A stretch of 64,000 bases of DNA from a virus (taxonomy: Duplodnaviria; Caudoviricetes): the IMG/VR virus record IMGVR_UViG_3300011113_000415, one strand, 5' to 3'. Made by a program: the position numbers and the translations under genes. How positions within the stretch are numbered: position 1 is the stretch's first letter; the number at the start of each line of letters is the position of its first letter. This document shows positions 9,232-18,051 of this stretch, piece after piece. The notes beneath the pieces were generated by a model. It was given only the letters and a program-made list of their open reading frames with translations. It did no database searches and was not told where the DNA came from.

Positions 9232-10365
9232 ATGGCCAAGGCCAATGTGTCTAATCTGATGGTGAATCCTTTTGCACCACCGCCTAAAACTGTTCAAACC
9301 CCATTGGTATCAGATGGCAACATATATGATCCTTTGATTCCTCGAGCATTAGCAATTGCCAATGAAGATGTAATCCAAGAAGCCATAGAAAATCTTCGAA
9401 CACGTTTGCAAGGTACTCCATATAAACAAGAGCATTTTGGACGACTTGAAGAATTAGAATCAAATTTGATTGATATCAATGTTGATATTCAACGGGTATT
9501 AGAGACTCCGCATATTGCCAAAAATATCATTGAACTGTTTGATCCTCGTATCATGCAACCACTCAATGTTATCTATATCAAAGAAACTGGTCGTTATAGT
9601 GCCTGGGAGGGTCAACAAAGCGGCACTGCCTTTGCTTTGATGATGCATTTTGGACTAATTGAACCCGGTACTTTGATTCAGTGCAAAGTGGTAGATGATG
9701 ATCTTGCTGTACCTGGATCAACTCTAACTGGTGAGGCAGTTGGTAATTATGGATTTCGTTGCATCAACTACAAAGGCCGCAAAGCACCTGACTTATTTTG
9801 GATTTTACGAAGCATGGTCAATGGAGTTCGTCTTTACAATAGTACATTGATAGAGGATGAGCAGGCCAATGAAATACAGAACATATTACAGAAAAATAAT
9901 ATGTTTGCGGCACCAAAGATAGAGGCTCAAGGCAACAAGGCCAAACCTGGTATGGTTACGCACATTAGCAGTATCTTGAACATGGCAGGACACGGTACCG
10001 AACACGAAAACTTCAATATTACTAAAGAAGATTTAGATTGGGTCCTCGCCTGGCACAATAAGTTTTATGCCAGTGAAAAAGGCGTAGACGGTGGCTACTT
10101 GATTCTATTTGGGCGATTTGCCGCATTATGCCGCGAACAAGAAATTGAAATTACCAAAGAACATGAGTTAGAGTTTTATCAACATATGAAACGATATGGG
10201 TCGCCAAAGGCATTCCATCAAGACTGTCAAACACGATACAAACGAGTATTTGGTGGGTGGTCGGATGCTTGTCTATTACCAATTTGGCAAAAAGATTATA
10301 TGAAACGTGGCGGTACCTTGTCATTACCAACTATTAAGAATTACAATGAATACAAATCTCTCTGA
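9232..10365 (+). CDS. ParB/Srx-like (DUF6551/DGQHR-like) domain protein
   Basis: IDINVDIQRVL...FDPRIMQPLNV...YSAWEGQQS resembles ID..YQR...FD...DGQHR; GGAG SD. Confidence 0.55.
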   Translation: MAKANVSNLMVNPFAPPPKTVQTPLVSDGNIYDPLIPRALAIANEDVIQEAIENLRTRLQGTPYKQEHFGRLEELESNLIDINVDIQRVLETPHIAKNIIELFDPRIMQPLNVIYIKETGRYSAWEGQQSGTAFALMMHFGLIEPGTLIQCKVVDDDLAVPGSTLTGEAVGNYGFRCINYKGRKAPDLFWILRSMVNGVRLYNSTLIEDEQANEIQNILQKNNMFAAPKIEAQGNKAKPGMVTHISSILNMAGHGTEHENFNITKEDLDWVLAWHNKFYASEKGVDGGYLILFGRFAALCREQEIEITKEHELEFYQHMKRYGSPKAFHQDCQTRYKRVFGGWSDACLLPIWQKDYMKRGGTLSLPTIKNYNEYKSL

Positions 10366-10708
10366 TCAATATCACTTTTATCTTTGGCGTCATCGCTATG
10401 TGGATGACGATACTGATGCTGTAGTTACTCGAACTTGTTTTGGAATAACTTCCAATCTTGATAAAAGACAAAACGGATATGAAGGCCATGTGGGGCATCC
10501 TATTCACTGGAAGGCAGTTTGGCAAGGACCCGAAAGGCAAATACGTGAACTAGAACATCGTCTCAAAGATGCTTTTAGAGATTACCTGTTTGCTGGTCAT
10601 AACGATTATGTTTATGAATGGGTAGATGAAACTGTGCCATATGAAAACATAACGAATTGGATAGAATGGGAAATTCAAAATACATTTGTTGATATAGTAA
10701 AACTATGA
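10346..10708 (+). CDS. GIY-YIG superfamily nuclease-like protein
   Basis: HFYL...CFGITSNLDKRQNGY...ELEHRLK. Confidence 0.55.
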   Translation: MNTNLSDQYHFYLWRHRYVDDDTDAVVTRTCFGITSNLDKRQNGYEGHVGHPIHWKAVWQGPERQIRELEHRLKDAFRDYLFAGHNDYVYEWVDETVPYENITNWIEWEIQNTFVDIVKL

Positions 10709-10917
10709 GCGTACTACATTTCAAATCCCGTCCTTGGACTGTGTTTGATCCTGCCAACAAAGAACACCGACGTTGGTACAACCAGTTTGTCACACATGGT
10801 GGTTGGGGAAAGTGTCCGTATCGATTCATTGTGCCTGAAGATCACGGGGATTTGATTACCATGTGCCAACGTGCTCTTGTGCGTTATTATGTGGAACACG
10901 AGTTTAGAAAACGGTAA
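10705..10917 (+). CDS. Hypothetical protein
   Basis: ATGA overlap, 70 aa. Confidence 0.65.
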   Translation: MSVLHFKSRPWTVFDPANKEHRRWYNQFVTHGGWGKCPYRFIVPEDHGDLITMCQRALVRYYVEHEFRKR

Positions 10918-10931
10918 TACTCAAGTACTAC
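10914..10931. promoter_or_regulatory. Palindromic element (copy 2)
   Basis: GTAATACTCAAGTACTAC, 11 nt before the -35 box; its TAA is the upstream stop codon. Confidence 0.55.
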
Positions 10932-10942
10932 TTTTTGCTTGG

Positions 10943-10971
10943 TTGACCGATATCTGCCCTAATGCTATAAT
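10943..10971 (+). promoter_or_regulatory. sigma70-type early promoter
   Basis: TTGACC-N17-TATAAT with TG extension. Confidence 0.85.
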
Positions 10972-10975
10972 ATGG

Positions 10976-10994
10976 CATGTTCAGCAAAAAGGAG
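10976..10994 (+). repeat. 19-bp direct repeat, copy 1 (copy 2 at 11693-11711)
   Basis: CATGTTCAGCAAAAAGGAG, identical in both leaders. Confidence 0.9.
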
Positions 10995-11231
10995 CCCCGA
11001 ATGGGATACAAGGTAATTGCAGACCGTTTCGAAACAGACATGATGCGCCAAAAATATGGCCCACGCAAAGGCCTGGAAGGGCCATTCATGTATGCGTCGG
11101 GTCGTGTGTTATACTACGATCCCAGAGAGGGCCGGTATTGGGATCCTCGCACTGACTTCTATGTCAGCCACGAAGAAATGGCAGCCGAGCACGGCATTCT
11201 TGTGCAACGTCTTGTAGATTTTCAGAGGTAA
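10977..11231 (+). CDS. Small early phage protein
   Basis: YYDPREGRYWDPRTDFYV; true start may be ATG 11001 after AAGGAG. Confidence 0.75.
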   Translation: MFSKKEPRMGYKVIADRFETDMMRQKYGPRKGLEGPFMYASGRVLYYDPREGRYWDPRTDFYVSHEEMAAEHGILVQRLVDFQR

Positions 11232-11245
11232 TACTTTTGCTTTAC
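11228..11245. promoter_or_regulatory. Palindromic element (copy 3, degenerate)
   Basis: GTAATACTTTTGCTTTAC spanning the stop of ORF 10977 and start of GGCT. Confidence 0.4.
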
Positions 11246-11662
11246 TTTGCTTATGGCATGAACACCAACCGGTCAGGTATGGCTCAGCGATGCCCTGGTG
11301 CTAAGAGTCTGGGTCATGCTCGCTTGATTGATTACTCATTTAGATTTGCCACTCATGCCGACGTGGTCAAGTGCCGCGGTTCCTATGTGGATGGTGTGCT
11401 GTGGAACATTGATCAAACGCACCTGAGCAATTTGGATCTCTTGGAAGGGTATCCTTACTACTACAATCGCAGACGTCTTCGTGTGGCCCATGAAGATCGC
11501 ATTGTTCTGGCAGAAACCTACTATATGCAACCCGGCAACTTGGATGCCTTGCCCAGCCGACACTATTTTGACATGGTCACTGAGGGCTACAAGGAACATC
11601 AAGTGCCCACAGAGCAACTGTTTAATAATGTATACGAAAGTATTACATTTTCAAGAGGTTGA
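11237..11662 (+). CDS. Gamma-glutamylcyclotransferase (GGCT/AIG2-like)
   Basis: YFAYGMN...VDGVLW...LDLLEGYP..Y. Confidence 0.85.
   Translation: MLYFAYGMNTNRSGMAQRCPGAKSLGHARLIDYSFRFATHADVVKCRGSYVDGVLWNIDQTHLSNLDLLEGYPYYYNRRRLRVAHEDRIVLAETYYMQPGNLDALPSRHYFDMVTEGYKEHQVPTEQLFNNVYESITFSRG
11629..11646. promoter_or_regulatory. Palindromic element (copy 4)
   Basis: TGTATACGAAAGTATTAC, 12 nt before the -35 box. Confidence 0.45.
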
Positions 11663-11687
11663 CCAATAATCACCGAAATGCTATAAT
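11659..11687 (+). promoter_or_regulatory. sigma70-type early promoter
   Basis: TTGACC-N17-TATAAT with TG extension. Confidence 0.85.
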
Positions 11688-11692
11688 ACGGA

Positions 11693-11711
11693 CATGTTCA
11701 GCAAAAAGGAG
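11693..11711 (+). repeat. 19-bp direct repeat, copy 2
   Basis: CATGTTCAGCAAAAAGGAG. Confidence 0.9.
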
Positions 11712-12029
11712 ATTGGAATGCAACAACTCACAGACATTCAGCAAGTAAATCGTGCCATTATGTTTGGCACATGGACTGATGTAGAACTTCGTAGCATGGC
11801 TGATGCCATTCGCTTCAATCAAGCCAGTATTCGCAAGCAGGTCAAACGTAGTTTAGACGTGGGTGTTCAAGTGCGTTGGACCAGTCCCAAAAATCCCGCA
11901 GGTGCCACAGGCGTCGTTAAAAAGATTGCCATTAAATACGTCACAGTCAAGCATGATCGTGATGGTACACTTTGGAAAATACCTGCCAACATGTTGGAAA
12001 TTGTTCCTGGTCAAGTGGTGACAGCATGA
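11694..12029 (+). CDS. Early protein with C-terminal SH3-like barrel
   Basis: VGVQVRW...GVVKKIAIKYVTV...WKIPANML; true start may be 11718. Confidence 0.65.
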   Translation: MFSKKEIGMQQLTDIQQVNRAIMFGTWTDVELRSMADAIRFNQASIRKQVKRSLDVGVQVRWTSPKNPAGATGVVKKIAIKYVTVKHDRDGTLWKIPANMLEIVPGQVVTA

Positions 12030-12283
12030 CAGTAGAAATCGAATACAATTTGACAACTGATTCGGTGCCGGACTATGCCATGTTCAGTGAAGTTGGCAAT
12101 GCTGGTGTTCATGGCGTGGTCACAGCCGCCAAAATCAACAACTGGTCCTGGGCTGAAACTTATCGTGCCCTGGCTCAATTGAGCGAGCACAAGTTGTTCG
12201 CAGAAGCCATGGACACCATGGTGCGTGAAATAGTGTTCAGCCGCATTGGTGCGGCCGAGCGTGGTGAAAGTTTTTGGGCCTAA
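12026..12283 (+). CDS. Hypothetical early protein
   Basis: ATGA overlap. Confidence 0.6.
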   Translation: MTVEIEYNLTTDSVPDYAMFSEVGNAGVHGVVTAAKINNWSWAETYRALAQLSEHKLFAEAMDTMVREIVFSRIGAAERGESFWA

Positions 12284-12292
12284 GGAGATAAC

Positions 12293-13075
12293 ATGCCTGG
12301 TTTTGTAGACGTATCCAATATGACAGCCCGTGAAATTCGCATGATGGATCATGCGGCTGATTATGATGCACCTGTTCAGTTTCAACCACGCCGTACCTGG
12401 AAGCCACGTGTGCAACCTCAAGGTAACCGGTACGGTGTAGACTTGGTATGGGGTGCGGCCTGTGCGGCACAACGCATCAATGGTGCCTATGTGAAAGAAA
12501 CTCAATATAGTTTTGATGAGGCTCGCAACACCACGGTCGCAACTGTGCAACGCAATCGCAATATCATGGAAGAAATTCTTGACAATCCCGCCGTGCTCAC
12601 CGCCGAGGATATTGCAAAAGGTCAAGAGTGCCGTAAGTTCTTGCAAAATGACATTACCTTCCGTGCTCTCAAAGGCAAGTTGACCGACTTTGACAGTGCC
12701 ACCAGCCGAGTGATCGCTGTAGAGGGTGAATTTGACTCAGTAAAACACAAATATGAATTGGCTGTGGTTGCTAGTTTACCTGCCAGCCATCAACGTGCCC
12801 TGGAGCGTGAAGCCACACAGGAACGAGTGCGTCAAACCACAGGTGATTATGTGGGCCAACCTGGCGACAAAGTTCGACTCACTGTGGAGATTGTTAAATC
12901 CAACTATAGCCAGCAATGGAACACTTGGTATGCCACTGGCATCACCTCCAACAATCAGGCTGTGTTTTTTGCCTACAGGTCAGAACTGGCCAAAGGCACC
13001 ACAGTAGACATTCAGGGCACCGTCAAGGCTCACAAAGACGGTTCAACCCAACTCAACCGTGTGAGCATAATGTAA
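12293..13075 (+). CDS. Early protein with C-terminal OB-fold-like domain
   Basis: AAGGAG SD; YVGQPGDKVRLTVEI...IQGTVKAH...TQLNRV. Confidence 0.65.
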   Translation: MPGFVDVSNMTAREIRMMDHAADYDAPVQFQPRRTWKPRVQPQGNRYGVDLVWGAACAAQRINGAYVKETQYSFDEARNTTVATVQRNRNIMEEILDNPAVLTAEDIAKGQECRKFLQNDITFRALKGKLTDFDSATSRVIAVEGEFDSVKHKYELAVVASLPASHQRALEREATQERVRQTTGDYVGQPGDKVRLTVEIVKSNYSQQWNTWYATGITSNNQAVFFAYRSELAKGTTVDIQGTVKAHKDGSTQLNRVSIM

Positions 13076-13084
13076 GGAAAAGAT

Positions 13085-13213
13085 ATGCGTAATTTTGTAA
13101 TTGGCGCTATTTTTGGTCTGGTCATAGCCACTGTGGGCTTCTCTGGACTGGCACGTATGTTCGACAAGGGCGTACACACAATTCAACAAACTTCAAAGGA
13201 ACTGGCACAATGA
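13085..13213 (+). CDS. Small membrane protein (42 aa, not in ORF track)
   Basis: AAGGA SD; MRNFVIGAIFGLVIATVGFSGL. Confidence 0.65.
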   Translation: MRNFVIGAIFGLVIATVGFSGLARMFDKGVHTIQQTSKELAQ

Positions 13214-13419
13214 TCAAAGCCCCTGAAACCAAAACACGAGATCGATTTGATCTCGAACAAGAAATCTTGGAATGCTGGAAAATAACCCAAGATATCACCA
13301 TGTTCATCGAACAAGGTGCTGTAGCAGAACAATTTCAAGTGTTGGCCGAGTACTACGAACACAAGTTCGATCGCCTCTGGAACACATTTGAAAGCATGGT
13401 TCACGAAAGAAAAATGTGA
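13210..13419 (+). CDS. Hypothetical protein
   Basis: ATGA overlap; DRFDLEQEILECW. Confidence 0.7.
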   Translation: MIKAPETKTRDRFDLEQEILECWKITQDITMFIEQGAVAEQFQVLAEYYEHKFDRLWNTFESMVHERKM

Positions 13420-13598
13420 GCGATATTCAACGCCGCATGGCCGAACTCATGGAACCTGTTGATCAACAGATCATGATGTGCGATGACGGCAGAGATTTGC
13501 TACTGATGGCCTGTGCTATGTTGCAACGTACCAAAGAATTATTTGACCAAACCCTGGGCGAAGACGGTCGAAAACAAATGTTTAAGGAATTGATATGA
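13416..13598 (+). CDS. Hypothetical protein
   Basis: GTGA overlap, 60 aa. Confidence 0.6.
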   Translation: MSDIQRRMAELMEPVDQQIMMCDDGRDLLLMACAMLQRTKELFDQTLGEDGRKQMFKELI

Positions 13599-13682
13599 TC
13601 TTTGAGTGTAATTTTCCAAACAACGTCTTGAGCCAAAACAATAATTTTGGCAAAACTACCCAATCTTTTGTGGCAGATTTGG

Positions 13683-13711
13683 TTGACTCAAATCACTGAT
13701 TTTGCTACAAT
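13683..13711 (+). promoter_or_regulatory. sigma70-type promoter
   Basis: TTGACT-N17-TACAAT with TG extension. Confidence 0.75.
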
Positions 13712-13756
13712 AAGGTATGTTGTGAACAACAGCATTTTTTTAACTCTCTAAGCATT

Positions 13757-14107
13757 TTGAAAGGCATAGAAATGGCATCAGAAAAACTTTTTACAGTGGC
13801 GGGCACTGCAACAAACCCGGATGGTACTACCAAGGCTCGTTTTGCAAACGACCTAGTCGCTCGTGTCAAGATCTTGACCAAGAACAACTGTACCAACATC
13901 AACTTGGTTGAGTTGCCACGTGCAATGAGCAAGTTGGAAGCCTTGCAGTATCTGCAAGAAACAGGCGTCACAGCCGGTGATGCGGGCTTTGCGGTTGCCA
14001 ACAAGTTAGCCGAGAAGAGCAAGATCGCCAAGAAGGGCGAGGTACGAGTAAAGGCCACCAAGGCCACAGTGGCTACCAAATCGGTAGACACCAAAGTCAC
14101 TGCCTAA
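13757..14107 (+). CDS. Hypothetical protein with basic Lys/Ala-rich tail
   Basis: Own promoter and terminator; start probably ATG 13772 after GAAAGG. Confidence 0.75.
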   Translation: MKGIEMASEKLFTVAGTATNPDGTTKARFANDLVARVKILTKNNCTNINLVELPRAMSKLEALQYLQETGVTAGDAGFAVANKLAEKSKIAKKGEVRVKATKATVATKSVDTKVTA

Positions 14108-14126
14108 GCAATCGACTCCCAAAAGC

Positions 14127-14152
14127 AACGGCCTCCAAGGCCGTTTCTTTTT
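14127..14152 (+). terminator. Intrinsic terminator
   Basis: AACGGCCT-cca-AGGCCGTT then TCTTTTT. Confidence 0.8.
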
Positions 14153-14208
14153 GACAGTAAAGACACAATTGGTGTAAATAATATCGGGTCCACTAACTGC
14201 GACCCCTC

Positions 14209-14457
14209 TTGATGGCAAAACACAATAAGAACGAGGGCGAGGCTCTCTACATCGTGGTACTCCACGAATCACAAGCCGAACAAAGACTCAAGGATTGGCA
14301 AAAACGAAATCCCACTGCTTCAGCCTCCATAGCAGGCGGCCGCATGCGATTGTTTGACCAACGTAGCCTCAGTCTGTTTCAAATCAGTTGGCGCGGCTCA
14401 TGGGATCAAATTACCATATGGGACACATGGCAACGTCGCCATATTTCCATAGAATAA
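14209..14457 (+). CDS. Hypothetical protein
   Basis: 82 aa; TAAATA box upstream near 14175. Confidence 0.55.
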   Translation: MMAKHNKNEGEALYIVVLHESQAEQRLKDWQKRNPTASASIAGGRMRLFDQRSLSLFQISWRGSWDQITIWDTWQRRHISIE

Positions 14458-14459
14458 TG

Positions 14460-14488
14460 TTGACAGACCGTGTGTAGGCGTATATAAT
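14460..14488 (+). promoter_or_regulatory. sigma70-type promoter
   Basis: Consensus TTGACA-N17-TATAAT. Confidence 0.85.
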
Positions 14489-14537
14489 AGTCACAGTGCC
14501 TAGTCAATAGGTATTGTCATAATCAAGGAGAAAACCA

Positions 14538-14723
14538 ATGACCAATCACGAACAAATCGTAGCCGCCTACGAAACCTACATTGCTGAAAACGAAAAATTC
14601 ACTGGCAAAGGCGTCAAAGCCGCAGCCGCTCGTGCCCGTAAAGCCCTGCAAGAAATGAGCAAAGGTATCAAAGAGCGTCGCAAAGAAATTACTGCTGAAA
14701 AAGAAGCCTTGGCTGCAAAGTAA
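14538..14723 (+). CDS. Histone H1-like (Hc1-like) basic nucleoid protein
   Basis: AAGGAG SD; GVKAAAARARKALQEMSK resembles Hc1-family GNKAAGTRARKA. Confidence 0.65.
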   Translation: MTNHEQIVAAYETYIAENEKFTGKGVKAAAARARKALQEMSKGIKERRKEITAEKEALAAK

Positions 14724-14899
14724 TGCCTGTAGCACAAGTGGTTGAAGACCCAGACCATCCAGGTGAACTGTTGTTGGAACTGGGTGATGAATTGTGTGCT
14801 AAACTTGGTTGGCAAGTGGGCGACACCGTTCAATGGATACAAAACAAGGATGGTTCATGGCTTCTGACCAAATCAGTCTTGAAGAATACCTCGCAGTAA
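14723..14899 (+). CDS. AbrB/SpoVT-like small protein (58 aa, not in ORF track)
   Basis: TAATG overlap; LELGDELCAKLGWQVGDTVQW. Confidence 0.6.
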   Translation: MPVAQVVEDPDHPGELLLELGDELCAKLGWQVGDTVQWIQNKDGSWLLTKSVLKNTSQ

Positions 14900-15354
14900 A
14901 TCAAAAAACAACGCAATACCAAGCACCCGTATCATCTGGTTTGGGAAGTATCAGCGTTACACCTATTCCTTCACTTTACAGTGGTAGTGGAACTCTGCAT
15001 CCCACCTATGGTGCTGTGCCCAATGTCACAATTGGCACAAGTGCAGTAGGAGTAAATGTGGGGCCAGCAGGTATGTGGACTACCACTGGTACTGGCACCA
15101 GTTATTCTCTCAATCATAAAACAGTATCGGGCGGCAAGGTTCATATCATGGGCGAGGATGCTGATCTTGTGATAGGTGACAAGAGCATGCGAACTTGGAT
15201 GGAGAAGGTAGAAGAACGACTCAACATACTCACACCCAATCCTGAAATGGAAAAAGAATGGGATGATTTACGCAAGTTAGGTGAGAGATATCGTAAGTTA
15301 GAAAAGAAATGCAAGGAAAAATCTGAAGTATGGAAAAGACTAAAAGCAACCTAG
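14857..15354 (+). CDS. Hypothetical protein, Ser/Thr/Gly-rich with C-terminal coiled coil
   Basis: Internal start MASDQ of ORF 14809. Confidence 0.65.
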   Translation: MASDQISLEEYLAVNQKTTQYQAPVSSGLGSISVTPIPSLYSGSGTLHPTYGAVPNVTIGTSAVGVNVGPAGMWTTTGTGTSYSLNHKTVSGGKVHIMGEDADLVIGDKSMRTWMEKVEERLNILTPNPEMEKEWDDLRKLGERYRKLEKKCKEKSEVWKRLKAT

Positions 15355-16157
15355 TGCCATCAGAATTGATAACACCGCGTGAGCGAATCCGCCACATAGT
15401 CAAGTGGATCCGTGCCTACGCCCGGAGTGCCAAAATCAGCACTTTGGTGGTGGGAATTTCTGGGGGCATTGATTCTTCAGTAGTTTCTACTTTGTGTGCT
15501 GAGACAGGGCTTGATACCATTGTGGTTCAAATGCCCATTCGTCAAAATCGCCGACTGGACAATCGCAGTAGTATGCAGGCTGGATGGTTGCTGGAACGCT
15601 ACAAAAACGTTAGGCACATGAGCATGGACTTGACCCCGGTGTTTACTGCCTTTGAAAAAAAGGTTGGACCGTTTTGTAGCCTAGAGCAAGAGCCCAATGC
15701 AAACGAACAACTGGCATTTGCCAACTCACGTGCTAGACTACGCATGATGACCCTGTACCAAATTGCTCAAAGTCATGGCGGTATTGTTGTGGGCACAGGC
15801 AACCGGGTAGAAGACTTTGGTGTGGGCTTTTTTACCAAGTACGGTGACGGTGGCGTGGACATCAGCCCTATAGGCGATTGCTTAAAAACCGATGTGTGGG
15901 CTATGGGCCGTGAACTGGGTTTAAATCGAGAAATCATTGATGCTGAACCCACTGACGGACTTTGGGATGATGGTCGTACCGATGAGGGGCAACTGGGCAT
16001 GACCTATCCAGAACTAGAAGCAGCCATGGTCATGGATACTGGCCTCGCCGAAGCCATTACCAAGCAACAAAAGGCCAATCTCAAACACTATCAAAAAATA
16101 CGTGCTCGGAATCTGCACAAAATGGAACCTATTCCGGTTTGTAAATTTGACTGGTAA
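15330..16157 (+). CDS. nadE: NH3-dependent NAD+ synthetase
   Basis: SGGIDS PP-loop, NSRARLRM, GTGNRVE, FFTKYGDG, PTDGLW. Confidence 0.93.
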   Translation: MEKTKSNLVPSELITPRERIRHIVKWIRAYARSAKISTLVVGISGGIDSSVVSTLCAETGLDTIVVQMPIRQNRRLDNRSSMQAGWLLERYKNVRHMSMDLTPVFTAFEKKVGPFCSLEQEPNANEQLAFANSRARLRMMTLYQIAQSHGGIVVGTGNRVEDFGVGFFTKYGDGGVDISPIGDCLKTDVWAMGRELGLNREIIDAEPTDGLWDDGRTDEGQLGMTYPELEAAMVMDTGLAEAITKQQKANLKHYQKIRARNLHKMEPIPVCKFDW

Positions 16158-16238
16158 ACTACGCCGTTTACTCAAAAATGGCACCTTTTTTGCCCGGTCT
16201 TCGGCGGGTTTGCAATATAGTGAGTAAGTAAAACTACC

Positions 16239-16814
16239 ATGAAAGCACAAGTAAACTATATCAGCGATCAATTGGTGATTTGGAGTTCGCGAGCCTTTAG
16301 ACTGGCAGGACTTTGGATTGTGGCCCTGGCGGTAATTGCTGTTTGCAATCATCGCCTGAGTCAACTGCGATCGGGTGTGGAAGCCATGCCAGCAGGATAT
16401 GTCACAGCCGCAGAAAAAATTCGCCAACTGGATTGTCTCACACGCAACATCTACTGGGAAGCCGCATCAGAGCCTTTTGAGGGCAAAGTTGCTGTGGCCC
16501 AGGTCACAATGAATAGACTGGCCACTGGACGCTTTGGCGATTCAGTGTGCGGTGTAATCTATCAAAAAAACATATTCTATGAACGAGTAATCTGCCAGTT
16601 TTCGTGGGTGTGCGAGAACACACACCGTATCAAACCTGTGTATGCTCCACTGTGGGCTGAATCAGAACTGGTAGCCAAAAAAGTCTTGTTGGAAAACTTC
16701 CGTTTACCCGGACTCAAAGAAGCACTTTACTATCACGCAGAATATGTTACCCCGGGCTGGAAGAAGCCCCGAATCGATAAAATTGGTCATCACATCTTTT
16801 ACGGAGAGCGTTAA
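16239..16814 (+). CDS. SleB/Hydrolase_2 cell-wall hydrolase with N-terminal TM anchor
   Basis: CLTRNIYWEAASE...VAQVTMNR...CQFSW...YYHAEYV; TAAGTA box upstream. Confidence 0.88.
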   Translation: MKAQVNYISDQLVIWSSRAFRLAGLWIVALAVIAVCNHRLSQLRSGVEAMPAGYVTAAEKIRQLDCLTRNIYWEAASEPFEGKVAVAQVTMNRLATGRFGDSVCGVIYQKNIFYERVICQFSWVCENTHRIKPVYAPLWAESELVAKKVLLENFRLPGLKEALYYHAEYVTPGWKKPRIDKIGHHIFYGER

Positions 16815-17128
16815 TGCCTTTCAAATTTCCGGTCACCATAGTAGCCATACGGGATTATCTCAACAACAGCCTGGCTCGACTTTCAGCAGATACCTTGGGT
16901 TGGCTGGCAGCCATTGTGTTGCATTGTGCAACTTTGCCGGCTTTTTTGGCCTTGATGACCGGACTAAGCGATCGCACTCCCAGTCTTGATGTCATACTGT
17001 TTCTTTGGTCGGGCCTGGTTCTCTTGTTTCTGCGGGCAGTGGTACTCCGAGACATCCTGAACATTGTGACCATTGGATTTGGATTCATATTGCAGTCAGG
17101 ATTCATGGCTCTAATCTTGTTCAAATAA
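16814..17128 (+). CDS. Three-TM membrane protein
   Basis: Three hydrophobic segments; TAATG overlap. Confidence 0.7.
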   Translation: MPFKFPVTIVAIRDYLNNSLARLSADTLGWLAAIVLHCATLPAFLALMTGLSDRTPSLDVILFLWSGLVLLFLRAVVLRDILNIVTIGFGFILQSGFMALILFK

Positions 17129-17647
17129 ATGATACCCGAAGAAATTGAAAAGGTGTTGACTGATTGGATGTTCAACTTTGTAGAACAACCCCATCCTGGC
17201 TTGGGCAACTGGCCACCATGTCCATATGCGCGACAGGCAAGAATCAACAATCAAATCAAAATTGTTCACAGTGATCCTGAAAAATTGATAGCCACAGTTG
17301 AACAACAATTGCCCGAGTTGGAACAAAAAGAAGTTGTGGTCGTTTGTTTTGATCACACAAAAATTTCTGCTGAGTACTTGGAAAAACTAATTAAAGAGTA
17401 TAACCAACAAGTGTTGATGGTCCAAAACTATGTGATACTTGAAGATCATCCGGATGCAAAAGAATATGTAAATGGTGTTCATATGAACTTTGGCCATTGC
17501 GGATTACTGATCATACAAAAACTAGATCGACTAACACAAGCAAGTGAACAACTCAAATCAAAAGGTTATTATTATACATGGAACCAGAGTGAACTGGATC
17601 AGGTGGTAACATGGCGAAGTCAATTAAATTTTGCAGAATTGATTTAG
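17129..17647 (+). CDS. DUF1415-like protein
   Basis: N-terminal W...V...PPCPYA motif. Confidence 0.45.
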   Translation: MIPEEIEKVLTDWMFNFVEQPHPGLGNWPPCPYARQARINNQIKIVHSDPEKLIATVEQQLPELEQKEVVVVCFDHTKISAEYLEKLIKEYNQQVLMVQNYVILEDHPDAKEYVNGVHMNFGHCGLLIIQKLDRLTQASEQLKSKGYYYTWNQSELDQVVTWRSQLNFAELI

Positions 17648-18051
17648 CAAAAACCAATTATGATCTGTATCCTGATACTGAACAATGGTACTGGGCTAGT
17701 GGGCTAGATCTTTATCAAAAAATATACAAGCAATACTGTGATTATAAAAATTTTCAAAGTGTAATGCCATTGTTTTTGCAACAGTTTCAAGATTCTCGCA
17801 ATGATACACATGTGTATTACAACAATCAAGAAATTGTGGCCTGGAGCCTGTGTCGACGCTGGGACAATTGCAATGCAGAAAGTTTACAGTTTGCTTGGAA
17901 TTATCGAGAGCCTGAACTAGAACTAGGCCGCCGCAGTCTTGAACACGAATGTGCTTACTACAAAAAAATGGGTTATGAGTACCTGTATCTAGGTCAAGTG
18001 GCCGAATACAAAACAAATTTTGATGGCTACGAAGAACTGGGGACACTGTAA
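17611..18051 (+). CDS. GNAT-fold protein resembling arginyl-tRNA-protein transferase / Bpt C-terminal domain
   Basis: YYNNQEIVAWS...AWNY..PELELGRRSLEHEC..YKKMGYEYLYLG. Confidence 0.6.
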   Translation: MAKSIKFCRIDLAKTNYDLYPDTEQWYWASGLDLYQKIYKQYCDYKNFQSVMPLFLQQFQDSRNDTHVYYNNQEIVAWSLCRRWDNCNAESLQFAWNYREPELELGRRSLEHECAYYKKMGYEYLYLGQVAEYKTNFDGYEELGTL

